Positions 48,397 to 59,087 of a stretch of 64,000 nt of DNA are shown piece after piece. The position numbers and the translations under genes are program-made. Numbering within the stretch: the stretch's first letter is position 1; the number at the start of each line of letters is the position of its first letter. The notes below the pieces were generated by a model. It searched no databases, was not told where the DNA came from, and saw only the letters and a program-made list of their open reading frames with translations. Source of the DNA: Sedimentisphaerales bacterium (GTDB lineage: Bacteria > Planctomycetota > Phycisphaerae > Sedimentisphaerales > SM23-30); NCBI GenBank assembly GCA_963666285.1, contig OY762711.1; one strand, given 5' to 3'.

Positions 48397-50955
48397 ATGA
48401 AACATTTTAAATTATTGGTTTTGTTTGCTGTTTTAGTGTTGTGCCTGGTATCTTCGTCTGCAGATGCGATTTTGGCAGGAGTAAACCCTGATATACGTAA
48501 TGATACCGGGGTAGTTGCCAATGATTTTCATATTGAGGGCAAGATAAAGTCAGGCTGGCCGTATATGAACTGGCAGGATCCACCTACATTAGTTCACCAT
48601 ATAGATGGGATTTTTCCAGAATTTTCATATTCAATAACCCCTGACAGCAGCAGTTTATGGCAGAATGAGTTTACATTTACAGCACATTGGAAGGGGGTAG
48701 ATATTGCTCCGGGAGAGATAATACATCTTGGCCTGGTGTTTGATCTATATTGCAATAACCTGATAATAGATTTAGAGGGATGGTGGACCAGGGATGGTGA
48801 GCGAATAGCGGTTGGCTTGAATAACGGTTCTGTAATAATCCCAGGTTTTGATGTTAAGGATACCGGACTAGATCCCGTCAACCCGGATAACAGTGATTTA
48901 ATTCCCCAGCATATTCGGATACAAAACGATTCCGGAGTTCAGATACCTGCAACAATTATGGGTATGGAAGTTGCGGTAGTAAAGCCTTCCCTGGTTGATG
49001 AGCTATTTGACGGCAGTCTGGTTGCTCTGTTTGATCATTTGAATCAGGAGATGCAGGGGGCGTTACCGGTAGAATGGCGTGAAGTCCCGCAAGAGCTATT
49101 TCCTCCGGAATTTGGAGTTGAAAGTTTCTTCGATGTATTTTTTGAGATAGAGGTTCCTACCCCGGATGGCAGTGGATTGGAGCCATTAGTGCCAGATTTT
49201 CAGCCGGGAGATATTCTAATCGACAGGATAGTAATCGAATATCCTGGGAATGATGGAGTCAGCAGTTGGCGCTGGACGTGGCATATGCATCAGAGTCATG
49301 AACTTGATTTTGGTGATGCCCCTGTAATAGATGATTCGGTAGGGTATCCAACGCTGCTGGCACAGGATGGTGCCCGTCATATAATTCAGGGTCCATGGTT
49401 TGGTGACAGGAGTGACAGGCCGGATCCAGAGCGAGATGGTCAGCCGGAGCCGGCAGCTCTTGGAGATGATACATTTGACCTAAATGACGATGAGGATGGA
49501 ATAGTTATTCCAGTTTTGACTGTTGGAGCTACGTCAACAATCCAGGTAGAAGTCAGTAACGGAGGTGGTTTTGTTAAAGGCTGGATTGACTGGGATCAGG
49601 ACAGGCAATGGTCAGCAGCAGAACTGGTAGTGAGTACATATCTTGCTACAGGTTCTCACAGTTTGAATGTAACAGTACCCTCAACAGCGGTAACAGGTCA
49701 GACTTTTGCCCGTTTCCGTATTGTCGCACCAGCGGCCACGGGTGCCAGCGTAGCAGTTGATCCTGTGGGGCTGGCCCGTTCGGGAGAAGTCGAAGACCAT
49801 GAAGTCAAAATTGTCGAACCAGAGCCAATATTTGACTTTGGTGATGCTCCAGACAGAGGTCCGGTAGCTGCCGGTTATCCAACCTTGCTGGTTAATAACG
49901 GAGCACGGCATTATCCACGCGGTCCATGGCTGGGGCCTGACGATGATAATCCTGACCTCGAGCTGGATGGTCAGCCCAATGCAACAGCAACGGGTGATGA
50001 TTTGCTGGACCTAAATGACGATGAAGATGGGGTATCTATTCCATTGCTTATTGCCGGTCAAACGGTAGTGGTCAAGTTTTCAGTCAGCGGTGGCGGCGGT
50101 GTTGTTGAAGGCTGGATAGATTTTGACCATAGTACATCCTGGGATGCATCAGAGCTGATAGTAAACGGTTCATATCCTGACGGGACTCATGGAGTGAATG
50201 TTACAGTTCCGGCAGGTTCAGTTCCGGGTCAAAGTTATGCCCGTTTCAGGATATCATCGAATGGTACCGGTTCTCCAGAAGGTGAGGCAGCAGATGGAGA
50301 GGTCGAGGATTACCTGGTAGATATTGAAGAGCCTCAAGCTGAATATGACTGGGGCGATGCGCCGGATAATGCTGATATGCCAGGTTATCCAACTCTAATG
50401 GCTAATAATGGTGCAAATCATATGATAGGCGGTCCATGGCTTGGCCCTGATGATGATAGTCCTGATGTAGAAGCAGATGGTCAGCCAACTAATGCGGCAG
50501 ATGGAGATGATCTTGACGGTAACGATGATGAAGATGGATTAAAGATTCCGATTTTAGTTGCCGGCAAGTCTGGGGATATTACTTTAATCGTTAATGGCGG
50601 TGGTGGTTATGTTACCGGCTGGATAGATTATGACCAGAGTATGAGCTGGGAGCTAAGCGAGCTGGTTGTGAACGGCAGCTATAGTGATGGAGTCCATACA
50701 ATAACCGTAAATGTTCCTTTTGACGCGGTATATGGCAAGACCTATGCCAGGTTCCGTATTGTTCGGACAGATGTACTGCCGATAACTCCTTCACCAGAAG
50801 GTCCGGCAGCAAATGGAGAAGTCGAGGATTATATTCTTGAAATCAAGGATCCTTGCCACTGGCCATTAAACGCTGATATTGATGGTGATGGTAAGGTTGA
50901 TCTTGTAGATTTTTCAATAATGGCAACCCAGTGGTTGGATGGTGTTTCCAATTGA
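48397..50955 (+). CDS. Exported protein with three GEVED domains and a C-terminal dockerin-like motif
   Basis: ATG 48397 follows GGAGG; signal peptide; SFFDVFFE motif; 3x D(F/W)GDAP..YPTL..DDEDG..GWID..ARFR..GEVED; ADIDGDGKVDLVDFSIMATQWL. Confidence 0.85.
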   Translation: MKHFKLLVLFAVLVLCLVSSSADAILAGVNPDIRNDTGVVANDFHIEGKIKSGWPYMNWQDPPTLVHHIDGIFPEFSYSITPDSSSLWQNEFTFTAHWKGVDIAPGEIIHLGLVFDLYCNNLIIDLEGWWTRDGERIAVGLNNGSVIIPGFDVKDTGLDPVNPDNSDLIPQHIRIQNDSGVQIPATIMGMEVAVVKPSLVDELFDGSLVALFDHLNQEMQGALPVEWREVPQELFPPEFGVESFFDVFFEIEVPTPDGSGLEPLVPDFQPGDILIDRIVIEYPGNDGVSSWRWTWHMHQSHELDFGDAPVIDDSVGYPTLLAQDGARHIIQGPWFGDRSDRPDPERDGQPEPAALGDDTFDLNDDEDGIVIPVLTVGATSTIQVEVSNGGGFVKGWIDWDQDRQWSAAELVVSTYLATGSHSLNVTVPSTAVTGQTFARFRIVAPAATGASVAVDPVGLARSGEVEDHEVKIVEPEPIFDFGDAPDRGPVAAGYPTLLVNNGARHYPRGPWLGPDDDNPDLELDGQPNATATGDDLLDLNDDEDGVSIPLLIAGQTVVVKFSVSGGGGVVEGWIDFDHSTSWDASELIVNGSYPDGTHGVNVTVPAGSVPGQSYARFRISSNGTGSPEGEAADGEVEDYLVDIEEPQAEYDWGDAPDNADMPGYPTLMANNGANHMIGGPWLGPDDDSPDVEADGQPTNAADGDDLDGNDDEDGLKIPILVAGKSGDITLIVNGGGGYVTGWIDYDQSMSWELSELVVNGSYSDGVHTITVNVPFDAVYGKTYARFRIVRTDVLPITPSPEGPAANGEVEDYILEIKDPCHWPLNADIDGDGKVDLVDFSIMATQWLDGVSN

Positions 50956-50981
50956 TAGATTGAATTCGTTTTTTTTATAAT

Positions 50982-51022
50982 AAAGGCCCTGTTTCATTTA
51001 AGAATCAGGGTCTTTTGTTTTT
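50982..51022. terminator. Probable bidirectional terminator
   Basis: AAAGGCCCTG / CAGGGTCTTT stem between convergent genes. Confidence 0.65.
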
Positions 51023-51056
51023 AGCATCGGAAGAGGAGATAAGATAATTTAAAGTG

Positions 51057-53063
51057 CTAAATCAGAGAGAGAGTTTCCAGATTCTGTTCTTCATTTTCAT
51101 CTATTTTCCCAGCAAAAATAACAGGTATAGTAATAATAAACGTAGTGCCATTCCCATGGGTGCTTTCCAGCTTTATACTGCCACCGTGTTTAGATGTTAT
51201 TATGTTATGGGTAATAGCCAGTCCCTGGCCAGTGCCTTTGCCGACTTCTTTTGTGGTGAAGAAGGGGTCAAATACATTGTCGATAACATCTTTGGGTATT
51301 CCCATGCCGTTATCAGATATAATGACAATAGCATCATGATCTTTTCTTTTCGTTTCAATTTTAATTATTCCCTGGAAATCATCAACGGCCTTTCTTTCTT
51401 CTATGGCATGTGCAGAATTAACAATCATATTAATAAATACCTGCAGTAGGCTGCCCGGCATACAGGAAATATTGAGCATTTCATCCTCGAAATTCAATTC
51501 GACATCAGCTATGTACTTCCATTCATTTTTGGTAATTGTTTTAGCATTGTTCAAGATGAGGTTCAAGTCGGCGGATTCAGGAGAATTACCGTCCGGGTGA
51601 GTGAAATCCTTCATGGCAGAAACAATTTTAGCAATATGGTTTGTACCATGAATAGCATCTTCAAATGCAGAAGTTGCTTCCTTTAGTTCGTATTCATTAT
51701 TGAACATTGATTTTAAATATTCGGTTAGCTGGTCTATCTCTATCTGTTGGTGGTCGAGCTGTTCTACCTGTTCGTTGATTTTATCCTGTAATAAGTCAAA
51801 AGTTCGTTTGAGAAAGCTAAGGTTGTCACTAATGTATTGAATCGGTGTGTTTAATTCATGAGCAATACCGGAGGCGAGCTGGCCAACCGATTCCATTTTT
51901 TTATTATGCTGCAGTTCAATTTCCAATTCCTTTTGCCTGGTTATGTCGAGCCTGGTATGAACTATACCAATAATTTCATTATCATCGTTGAAAACGGGTG
52001 ATGCGGTAGAAGAGAATATCTTGCCATTGTCCATGACTACCTCGGAGTATTCACTCTTTCCGGTAGCTAGAGATTTTTTAACCGGGCAGTTCGTACAGGG
52101 TTTTCCTTCACCCCATTGATTATAGCAATGAAAACCGCTTTCATTACAAGCGGATCCATCTTCATTTCTGTTGGCCCAGATAACTTTCAGGTCTGGAGAT
52201 ATGTATGATATTTGCTCTTGTATGTTTTCCAGTACTTTTGTTGTCTTATCTGCATTGATAAGAAGCTGCTCATTGTGTTTGTGTTCAGTAATATCCTGTT
52301 CAATACAAATTACATTAATACTATCGCTGATATCAGCTATGCTGTTATTGGTTACCCATCTCCACTTACCTGACGCATCTTTAATACGGAATTCGAATGT
52401 AGATTTTGTTATTTTTCCATTGGCAAGGTCGTTATATGTTTTTTTGACTATTTTCTGGTCGTCTGGGTGTATGAGAGAAAAATAGAAATCCTCATTAGTG
52501 TCGATTTTATGGTTGTAACCGAAGGTTCCAAGCCATTGAGTCGTGAATTCAATTTTTTTAGTTGCAGGAATCCATTTAAATGACCCGGTTTTTGCAACCT
52601 GAGCGATAAGCTCAAGTGCCAGGTACCTTTCGGCAGATTTAGCCTGATGAATTTTGAGGTCGTGTTTAATTTGCCAGGCCATAGTCAAAGAGGTTACACA
52701 AGCTGCCAGTTCGTCTTTATCCCAAGGTTTAGTAAGGAATTTGTCCAGGCGGCTTTTATTGATGGTCTGGGATATATCATGTATTTCAGCATGTCCTGTC
52801 AGCAGCAGGGTAGAGGTGTCAGGAGTTTTCTGACTGATAATTTCCAGCAGCTCGCCGCCATTCATTATCGGCATAACATAGTCGCTGATAACCAATGCTA
52901 TATTCCGCTTTTCAGCAATAAGTTCATCGATGACAGCTAAAGCTTCCTGCCCGCTCTCGGCAATTTCTATCTCGAACTCTTCCTGCAAAAGCCCCCTTAG
53001 CTCTTTTTCAAGAGAAGAAAGGACGATATTTTCATCATCAACGCATATTATGACTGGCTGCAT
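51057..53063 (-). CDS. Cytoplasmic hybrid histidine kinase (REC-PAS-PAS-HisKA-HATPase)
   Basis: CVDDE/ISDYVMP/TKPW receiver; IHPDD..GKWRWV PAS; GIAHELNTP; DNGMG, PFFTTK, GTGQGL. Confidence 0.93.
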   Translation of the reverse strand: MQPVIICVDDENIVLSSLEKELRGLLQEEFEIEIAESGQEALAVIDELIAEKRNIALVISDYVMPIMNGGELLEIISQKTPDTSTLLLTGHAEIHDISQTINKSRLDKFLTKPWDKDELAACVTSLTMAWQIKHDLKIHQAKSAERYLALELIAQVAKTGSFKWIPATKKIEFTTQWLGTFGYNHKIDTNEDFYFSLIHPDDQKIVKKTYNDLANGKITKSTFEFRIKDASGKWRWVTNNSIADISDSINVICIEQDITEHKHNEQLLINADKTTKVLENIQEQISYISPDLKVIWANRNEDGSACNESGFHCYNQWGEGKPCTNCPVKKSLATGKSEYSEVVMDNGKIFSSTASPVFNDDNEIIGIVHTRLDITRQKELEIELQHNKKMESVGQLASGIAHELNTPIQYISDNLSFLKRTFDLLQDKINEQVEQLDHQQIEIDQLTEYLKSMFNNEYELKEATSAFEDAIHGTNHIAKIVSAMKDFTHPDGNSPESADLNLILNNAKTITKNEWKYIADVELNFEDEMLNISCMPGSLLQVFINMIVNSAHAIEERKAVDDFQGIIKIETKRKDHDAIVIISDNGMGIPKDVIDNVFDPFFTTKEVGKGTGQGLAITHNIITSKHGGSIKLESTHGNGTTFIITIPVIFAGKIDENEEQNLETLSLI

Positions 53064-53106
53064 TCTGAATTACTCCGTATCAATTTTTAACTAATATTTA
53101 TAAAAA

Positions 53107-53134
53107 ATATCGTACAATTTTTGCGGCTAGTTTA
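53107..53134 (-). promoter_or_regulatory. sigma28-like promoter
   Basis: Minus strand TAAA-N16-TACGATAT. Confidence 0.5.
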
Positions 53135-53333
53135 GCCGTAAGGTATTATAAACGATATTTGAATATGTCAGTGCTATAATATTATTATGAATCTGGCAGG
53201 TTATAGGACGTACAATGCGTATATGCATGAAAAATAAAGAAAATAACAGCAGGCAGCTGATTTAAACAATTGATAGTGTGAGAAGAGTTAGCGATTTTTT
53301 AAATTTTTTCAAATTTATTTATCGGACTTTATA

Positions 53334-55250
53334 ATGAACGGCAGAAAAGAAAAAGAGCGGTTTTCTGCGATAGATGAAAGGTTGAACGTAATGAGTATCC
53401 CAGGCGAAAAGTCAGAAAAGACAGTACATGTTGTCGATTTGAGCATGTTTCGCTTTATAAGGTTGTTTAAGGGTTTTTTCATGTCAATTCAGCCAATGAA
53501 AATAGTATTGGCGATAATGATAATATTATCGTTTTACCTTGTTGGCGGTATCATGGATTTTATAGCCGGTGAAGAATGCAGAGTTTTAAGTGACGATGTG
53601 TATAACTTTAATTCCGGCAGTGAAATTACCTGGGTAGCAGAGAATCGTTCAGGTGATATAAAGCCAGATATGGATGTCCTGGAGTTCAGGCGTAAAACCG
53701 TTGATGGATATACAGAAGAGCTTAGAAATGGTTTAATAACTCATCCGATGCTTCAGGAAATAGCAGGGGATAATCCGCTGGAGATAATTCGTTCAGGCAG
53801 GGCGTACTCATTATTGAAAGAGAAGTATCGTGAGGTCTATGATAAGAACCATGATTTGCTGGAGCAGCGTTATGCAATAACGATTAAAAATACCGAGGAA
53901 GGTTTTGACAAGCGAAAAAGTGCATTAGCAGGAAACGATGCAGATTTTGATTTTCAGAAGAGGCGTCTGGTGGAAGAAATATCAGATGCAAATCTTTGCC
54001 TGCAGAAGGCTATGGTAAGCGGCAATCCGGAATATTCTTCCTATGAATATCTAAACAAGGTTATCGTTGTTGATGTTAGTATTGAAGATAGTAAATTACG
54101 CCGGGAAGATAGTGAAAAGGTAAATGAAATAAAGGAAAATGTCAATGAAGTGATTCAGCTGGCCAGGTATATGAAGGTTGCGAAAGCAATAGAAGGTCGA
54201 GGGGTATTTTCTGCATTAGCGGATTTTAAGCTGAGACGAATTCATGAGTTGGCTTCAGGTCTGGTTCTCCTGGATTTTGAGCAGGTGAAAAATAATTTCT
54301 TCGAACTGGTATATGCAGCATCATGGATGGTACGATATCATCCTTTGTATACCTCAATCCTTTTTGCTGCCGGTTTTGCGATTTATGCCTTGTTTGGCGG
54401 CGCGATATGTCGGATATCAGCCCTGCAAGTTACCAGGGATGAGAGAATAGGGCCCATGGAGGCATTAAAGTTTAGCGGGAGGCGATTCTGGCGATTGTTT
54501 TTTGTTCCGGTAACACCGGTATTTATAATATTGATTGGAATAATAGCAATAGCAATAATATCCTGGTTCTTTTCATTACCCTTTGTCGGCCAGGTGCTGC
54601 AGGCATTGTTTATGCCAATAATATTTCTGATAGGATTCCTGGTGACGGTAGTGGTTGTACTGGCGACGGCAGGATACGGCTTGATGTTTCCGGCAGTTGC
54701 AGTCGATAATTCAGAGGCCTTTGATGCCATGAGTCGTTCATTTTCGTATGTTCTAAACAAGCCATGGCATGCAGCATTTTATGCGTTTTTGTCAGCAGTT
54801 TACGGGATAATATGTTATATATTTTTACGTTTCTTTATATTTATTCTGTTTTTCTGTATGCGTGCCGGTATAAGTCTCGTCCTGGATGGTGATCTGTTAT
54901 GGCCGGAACCGATTTTCAGTGATTTTATGCCGCCGATTCAATGGCATTTGCTAAGCACCAGTCAAGCTGTTTCTGCTGTTATGTTTCGTATAGCGACCGT
55001 ATTTTTTGTGCTTGTTCTTCCTGGTTACGGTTTAAGTTTTTTCTATACGATGGCGACCCAGGTATATGTATTACTGCGAAAAGATGAAGATGAAGTGGAT
55101 ATGGAGGAATGTTATCTCGAAACCCATATCAGTGACCTGTTTACTTCCACTGTTAAAATAGGAGCAGAAGAAGATAAGGCAGTCGAATCGGAATCTGAAG
55201 CAGCGGAGCAGGATCAGGAAACTACGGAAGAGGAAAAGCCGAATTCGTAA
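53334..55250 (+). CDS. Hypothetical polytopic membrane protein
   Basis: One N-terminal TM, a ~250-aa helical loop, several more TMs and an acidic tail. Confidence 0.8.
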   Translation: MNGRKEKERFSAIDERLNVMSIPGEKSEKTVHVVDLSMFRFIRLFKGFFMSIQPMKIVLAIMIILSFYLVGGIMDFIAGEECRVLSDDVYNFNSGSEITWVAENRSGDIKPDMDVLEFRRKTVDGYTEELRNGLITHPMLQEIAGDNPLEIIRSGRAYSLLKEKYREVYDKNHDLLEQRYAITIKNTEEGFDKRKSALAGNDADFDFQKRRLVEEISDANLCLQKAMVSGNPEYSSYEYLNKVIVVDVSIEDSKLRREDSEKVNEIKENVNEVIQLARYMKVAKAIEGRGVFSALADFKLRRIHELASGLVLLDFEQVKNNFFELVYAASWMVRYHPLYTSILFAAGFAIYALFGGAICRISALQVTRDERIGPMEALKFSGRRFWRLFFVPVTPVFIILIGIIAIAIISWFFSLPFVGQVLQALFMPIIFLIGFLVTVVVVLATAGYGLMFPAVAVDNSEAFDAMSRSFSYVLNKPWHAAFYAFLSAVYGIICYIFLRFFIFILFFCMRAGISLVLDGDLLWPEPIFSDFMPPIQWHLLSTSQAVSAVMFRIATVFFVLVLPGYGLSFFYTMATQVYVLLRKDEDEVDMEECYLETHISDLFTSTVKIGAEEDKAVESESEAAEQDQETTEEEKPNS

Positions 55251-55345
55251 AGACAGCATATCTTATGCTTTTAGAAAAGGCATATTAATAAGGCTTTTTC
55301 TGCTGTGGGGCAGGTAAGTATTTTGTATAGGCTATAGCTTTTGTT

Positions 55346-55374
55346 TTGACTAATTGAGTGAAAATTGCTATTAT
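55346..55374 (+). promoter_or_regulatory. sigma70-type promoter of typA
   Basis: TTGACT-N17-TATTAT with an extended TG. Confidence 0.65.
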
Positions 55375-55611
55375 ACCGCCGTTGCCGTTTAAATGGTATG
55401 GACACACATAGTGTGTGATATTGCCCGGCAGCCTAAAGGCAGGCAAGTAGAATAATAAGCTTTTTATTTTACTGCTGAACGGGCATTATAGTTTGTAGAT
55501 GGTATAATACGGCATCCTGCCTTTTATCGGACCTTGAAAACTATTTTCAGGTTCATATTAAGTTCTTTTGAATAAAGAGCTTGCATTCACACCTTATTTT
55601 TCGGAGCAAAC

Positions 55612-57462
55612 TTGGAAAAGATAAGAAATGTAGCTATCATAGCGCACGTTGACCATGGTAAGACCTCGCTGGTAGATAAATTATTGTATCAGTCAGGAAA
55701 ATTTCGTAATTCAGACCTGGATAAGCTGGCCGGCGGTCAGCATGGCTTGATTATGGACTCCAATCCTCTAGAACGCGAGCGTGGAATTACCATATTGAGT
55801 AAGAATTGTGCAATCAGCTATACAGATACAGATGGGGAAGAATATAAGATAAACCTGATTGACACCCCCGGCCACGCAGACTTTGGCGGTGAAGTAGAGC
55901 GAGTATTAAAGATGGCAGACGGAGTGCTGCTGGTAGTAGATGCCTTTGAAGGTCCTATGCCACAGACCAGGTTTGTCTTGGGCAAGGCGTTGGAGCATGG
56001 CTTAAAGCCGATAGTTGTGGTGAATAAGTCTGACCGTCCCAATGCCCGTTGTGATGATGTTGTGAACGAGGTATTTGACCTGCTGGTACAACTGGATGCC
56101 AATGATGATGCCCTTGATTTTCCGGTACTGTTTACCTCAGCCCGTGATGGCTGGTGCAAGACCAGTTCCAATGGCGAACAGACAGATCTCAAGCCGGTAT
56201 TTGATGCAATTATTAATAAAATACCATCGCCTGTGGGTGATATGGGTGCACCTTTACAAATGCTGGTAACAACTCTGGACCACAGCGACTATGTAGGTCG
56301 TATTGCGATTGGTCGGGTATTCAGCGGTGTAATGCAGGAAGGGCAGAATGTGACAGTAATCGATAACCATGGCAAACATACCCTGCAGAAAGTAATGCAC
56401 ATTCATCAGTTTGAAGGATTGGGGAAAAAGCAGGTTTCAGGTGTTCATGCCGGAGATATTTGTGCGATATCCGGTCTTGATCCGATTGATATCGGAAATA
56501 CGATTGCTTGTGCCGATAAGCCGTCACCATTACCTATTATTGCCGTTGATGAGCCGACAATGCACACAACATTCCGAGTAAATGATGGTCCTTTTGTTGG
56601 TAATGAGGGAGACAAGGTAACCAGCAGGCAGCTATGGGATAGATTGCAGAAGGAATTGCAGCATAACGTAGCATTAAGAGTGGAAAAAGGCGATACCACA
56701 GATGAATTTAAGGTTTCCGGTCGCGGATTGATGCATATAGGTATTTTACTGGAAAATATGCGTAGGGAAGGGTATGAATTGTGCGTAGGTAAACCAGAGG
56801 TGATTATCCGAGAGTATGATGGGGTCAGGCAGGAGCCGATAGAAAGACTGGTAATTGATTGTCCTCAGGATTGTCAGAGTTCGGTTATGTCTCTATTGGG
56901 CGAGCGACGTTGCGAGATGGTAACAATGGAAGCCAAGGGCGGAAGTGATGAATACGTTCATATGGAGTTTATGGTTCCCGCCCGCGGTTTGTTTGGGCTG
57001 CATTCCCGGATGATGAATGCAACCCAGGGCAGGGCGATTATGCACCATAGTTTTGAGCGATATGAGCCTGTTCGTGGCAATATCCCTGGTCGCCAGGCAG
57101 GAGTTATGATAGCAATAGCTCAAGGTGCGGTAACGGCTTATGCCTTGGATGGTCTGTTTGATCGAGGGATATTCTTTGTCAAGCAGGGTGAGAGGATTTA
57201 TGAAGGGCAGGTAGTAGGCGAGCATTGCAAAGAAGGTGACATTATCTGTAACCCGGTCAAGGTTAAGCAGTTAAATAATATGCGAGCTTCAGGTAAGGAT
57301 GAAGCTGCTCGAGTCAGGCCGCCAAGGGAGATGGGGCTGGAAGAGGCTTTAGAGTATATAGAAAAGGACGAGCTGGTGGAAATAACCCCTCAATCAATTC
57401 GTATAAGAAAGAAGATTCTACAAGAAAGCGTAAGGCGAAGAATGGCAAGGCAGGAAAAATAA
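55612..57462 (+). CDS. typA: Translational GTPase TypA/BipA
   Basis: IAHVDHGKT, ERERGITI, DTPGHADF, NKSD, GRGLMH, LEEALEYI..DELVEITP; TTG start after GGAG. Confidence 0.97.
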   Translation: MEKIRNVAIIAHVDHGKTSLVDKLLYQSGKFRNSDLDKLAGGQHGLIMDSNPLERERGITILSKNCAISYTDTDGEEYKINLIDTPGHADFGGEVERVLKMADGVLLVVDAFEGPMPQTRFVLGKALEHGLKPIVVVNKSDRPNARCDDVVNEVFDLLVQLDANDDALDFPVLFTSARDGWCKTSSNGEQTDLKPVFDAIINKIPSPVGDMGAPLQMLVTTLDHSDYVGRIAIGRVFSGVMQEGQNVTVIDNHGKHTLQKVMHIHQFEGLGKKQVSGVHAGDICAISGLDPIDIGNTIACADKPSPLPIIAVDEPTMHTTFRVNDGPFVGNEGDKVTSRQLWDRLQKELQHNVALRVEKGDTTDEFKVSGRGLMHIGILLENMRREGYELCVGKPEVIIREYDGVRQEPIERLVIDCPQDCQSSVMSLLGERRCEMVTMEAKGGSDEYVHMEFMVPARGLFGLHSRMMNATQGRAIMHHSFERYEPVRGNIPGRQAGVMIAIAQGAVTAYALDGLFDRGIFFVKQGERIYEGQVVGEHCKEGDIICNPVKVKQLNNMRASGKDEAARVRPPREMGLEEALEYIEKDELVEITPQSIRIRKKILQESVRRRMARQEK

Positions 57463-57532
57463 ATCAGAGCCAATCGCTTGAGCATAAGTTGACTTCACGT
57501 GAGATGATGGCGTAATCAGCAAGTTTACGTTA

Positions 57533-57937
57533 TTAATGCGGCAAAGCTACGAGGTATGGGCTGTATTTTTTATCTTCCTGCATAATATGGTCTATCAGCC
57601 AGTTTTGCAGGAAAATGCCCAGGTCAGCAGGTTCTATTAAAGAGCCATTTTCCAGGTCGTCGGCGATTTTTTTTACATGTTCAGTTAGTATTTTATGCTT
57701 GTGCTGATGCTCTTCCAGGTAAGGGTAGTCGGCAAGAATCAATAATTCTTCTTCATCTACAAAATGCTCTTTAGTATATTTTAGAAGTATTTGAATAGAG
57801 CTTTGTACGATGGTTTTTATATCATTACTTTTGGCTTCATCATGAATGCGGTTGATTAGTCTAACAAGGACTTTATGCTGTTTGTCGAGTTTTTCCACTC
57901 CCACCGACATTGATTTTTCCCATTTGAAATCGTCCAT
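57533..57937 (-). CDS. Bacteriohemerythrin
   Basis: W...SVGV..LDKQH, HFVDEE, H...H, WLIDHIMQED. Confidence 0.93.
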   Translation of the reverse strand: MDDFKWEKSMSVGVEKLDKQHKVLVRLINRIHDEAKSNDIKTIVQSSIQILLKYTKEHFVDEEELLILADYPYLEEHQHKHKILTEHVKKIADDLENGSLIEPADLGIFLQNWLIDHIMQEDKKYSPYLVALPH

Positions 57938-58267
57938 CTGTTTACCTCTAAAATTGGGATGAATTAAAAAATGCTATTGATATTTTTATAATAATCGGCT
58001 TGTAATACCGAACTAATTAGCTAATTGTCGGTAAATGAAACAAAATTCTGGAATACCGGAGTTATCAATTGTGATAATAGTTTTATTATGGGACTATTGT
58101 CTGACTCTATAAGTTTTAAGAAAATCTTGCAAATATTGAATCATGAGATTATCATATCTGTTCTGTATCGCTTTATCTAAAGTCGAAGGTATAACTATCC
58201 TTGTAAATAAGATGAAGCTTAAGTAAGTTGTTGAATCTAAATATTTTAATGATATGGAGTTATGTAA

Positions 58268-59017
58268 ATGGCAGGTCATAGTAAGTGGGCCAATATCAAA
58301 CACCGCAAAGGTGCCCAGGATGCAAAAAGAGGAAAACTCTGGAGCAAAATAGCCAAAATAATTATTGTAGCAGCCAAAAACGGCGGTGGAGACCCGGCAA
58401 CAAACCTGTCTCTTCGTTATGCGATAGATAAGGCCAAAGATGCCAATATGCCTAAGGATAACATTGAAAAGGCCATCAAAAAAGGTACTGGTGATGTTGA
58501 AGGCATAACATTTGAAGAGATACTTTACGAAGGTTATGGCCCAAGTGGTACCGCGGTAATGTGTGAAGTTTTGACAGATAATCGAAACAGGACTGCGGGT
58601 GAGATTCGTAAGATCTTTGATTTGAGTGGCGGTTCGTTAGGGGCAACCGGTTGTGTATCGTGGATGTTCTCCAAGAAGGGTATGATTGCCGTACCGGTAG
58701 AGGGAAATGATGAAGAGAAAGTAATGGATATTGCCCTTGAAGCAGGAGCAGAAGATTTTGCGGTTGAGGGAGATATTTTTGAGATAACAACAGATGCAGA
58801 GAGCTATAGTGATGTTAAACAGGCTCTGGTTGATGCCGGTATTGAGGTTCAGATGTCAGATATCTCTCAAGTGGCAAGTAATACAGTGGTACTGGGCGAA
58901 GATGATGCCAAGAAGGTATTGAAACTGATGGATATGCTTGACGATCATGATGATGTTCAGGCGGCACATTCAAACTTTGATATTCCTGAAGATATCCTGG
59001 AAAAACTTCAGGACTAG
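58268..59017 (+). CDS. yebC: YebC/PmpR-family protein
   Basis: MAGHSKWANIKHRK, YEGYGP, TDNRNRT, DDVQ. Confidence 0.97.
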   Translation: MAGHSKWANIKHRKGAQDAKRGKLWSKIAKIIIVAAKNGGGDPATNLSLRYAIDKAKDANMPKDNIEKAIKKGTGDVEGITFEEILYEGYGPSGTAVMCEVLTDNRNRTAGEIRKIFDLSGGSLGATGCVSWMFSKKGMIAVPVEGNDEEKVMDIALEAGAEDFAVEGDIFEITTDAESYSDVKQALVDAGIEVQMSDISQVASNTVVLGEDDAKKVLKLMDMLDDHDDVQAAHSNFDIPEDILEKLQD

Positions 59018-59053
59018 TCTTAGTATTTCTGTATATAAAATTTCGATATAATA

Positions 59054-59087
59054 CGGGCTGTTCATTTGAGCAGCCTGTTTATTTTTT
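59054..59087 (+). terminator. Terminator between yebC and tilS
   Basis: CGGGCTGTTCA / TGAGCAGCCTG stem followed by a T-rich run. Confidence 0.65.
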
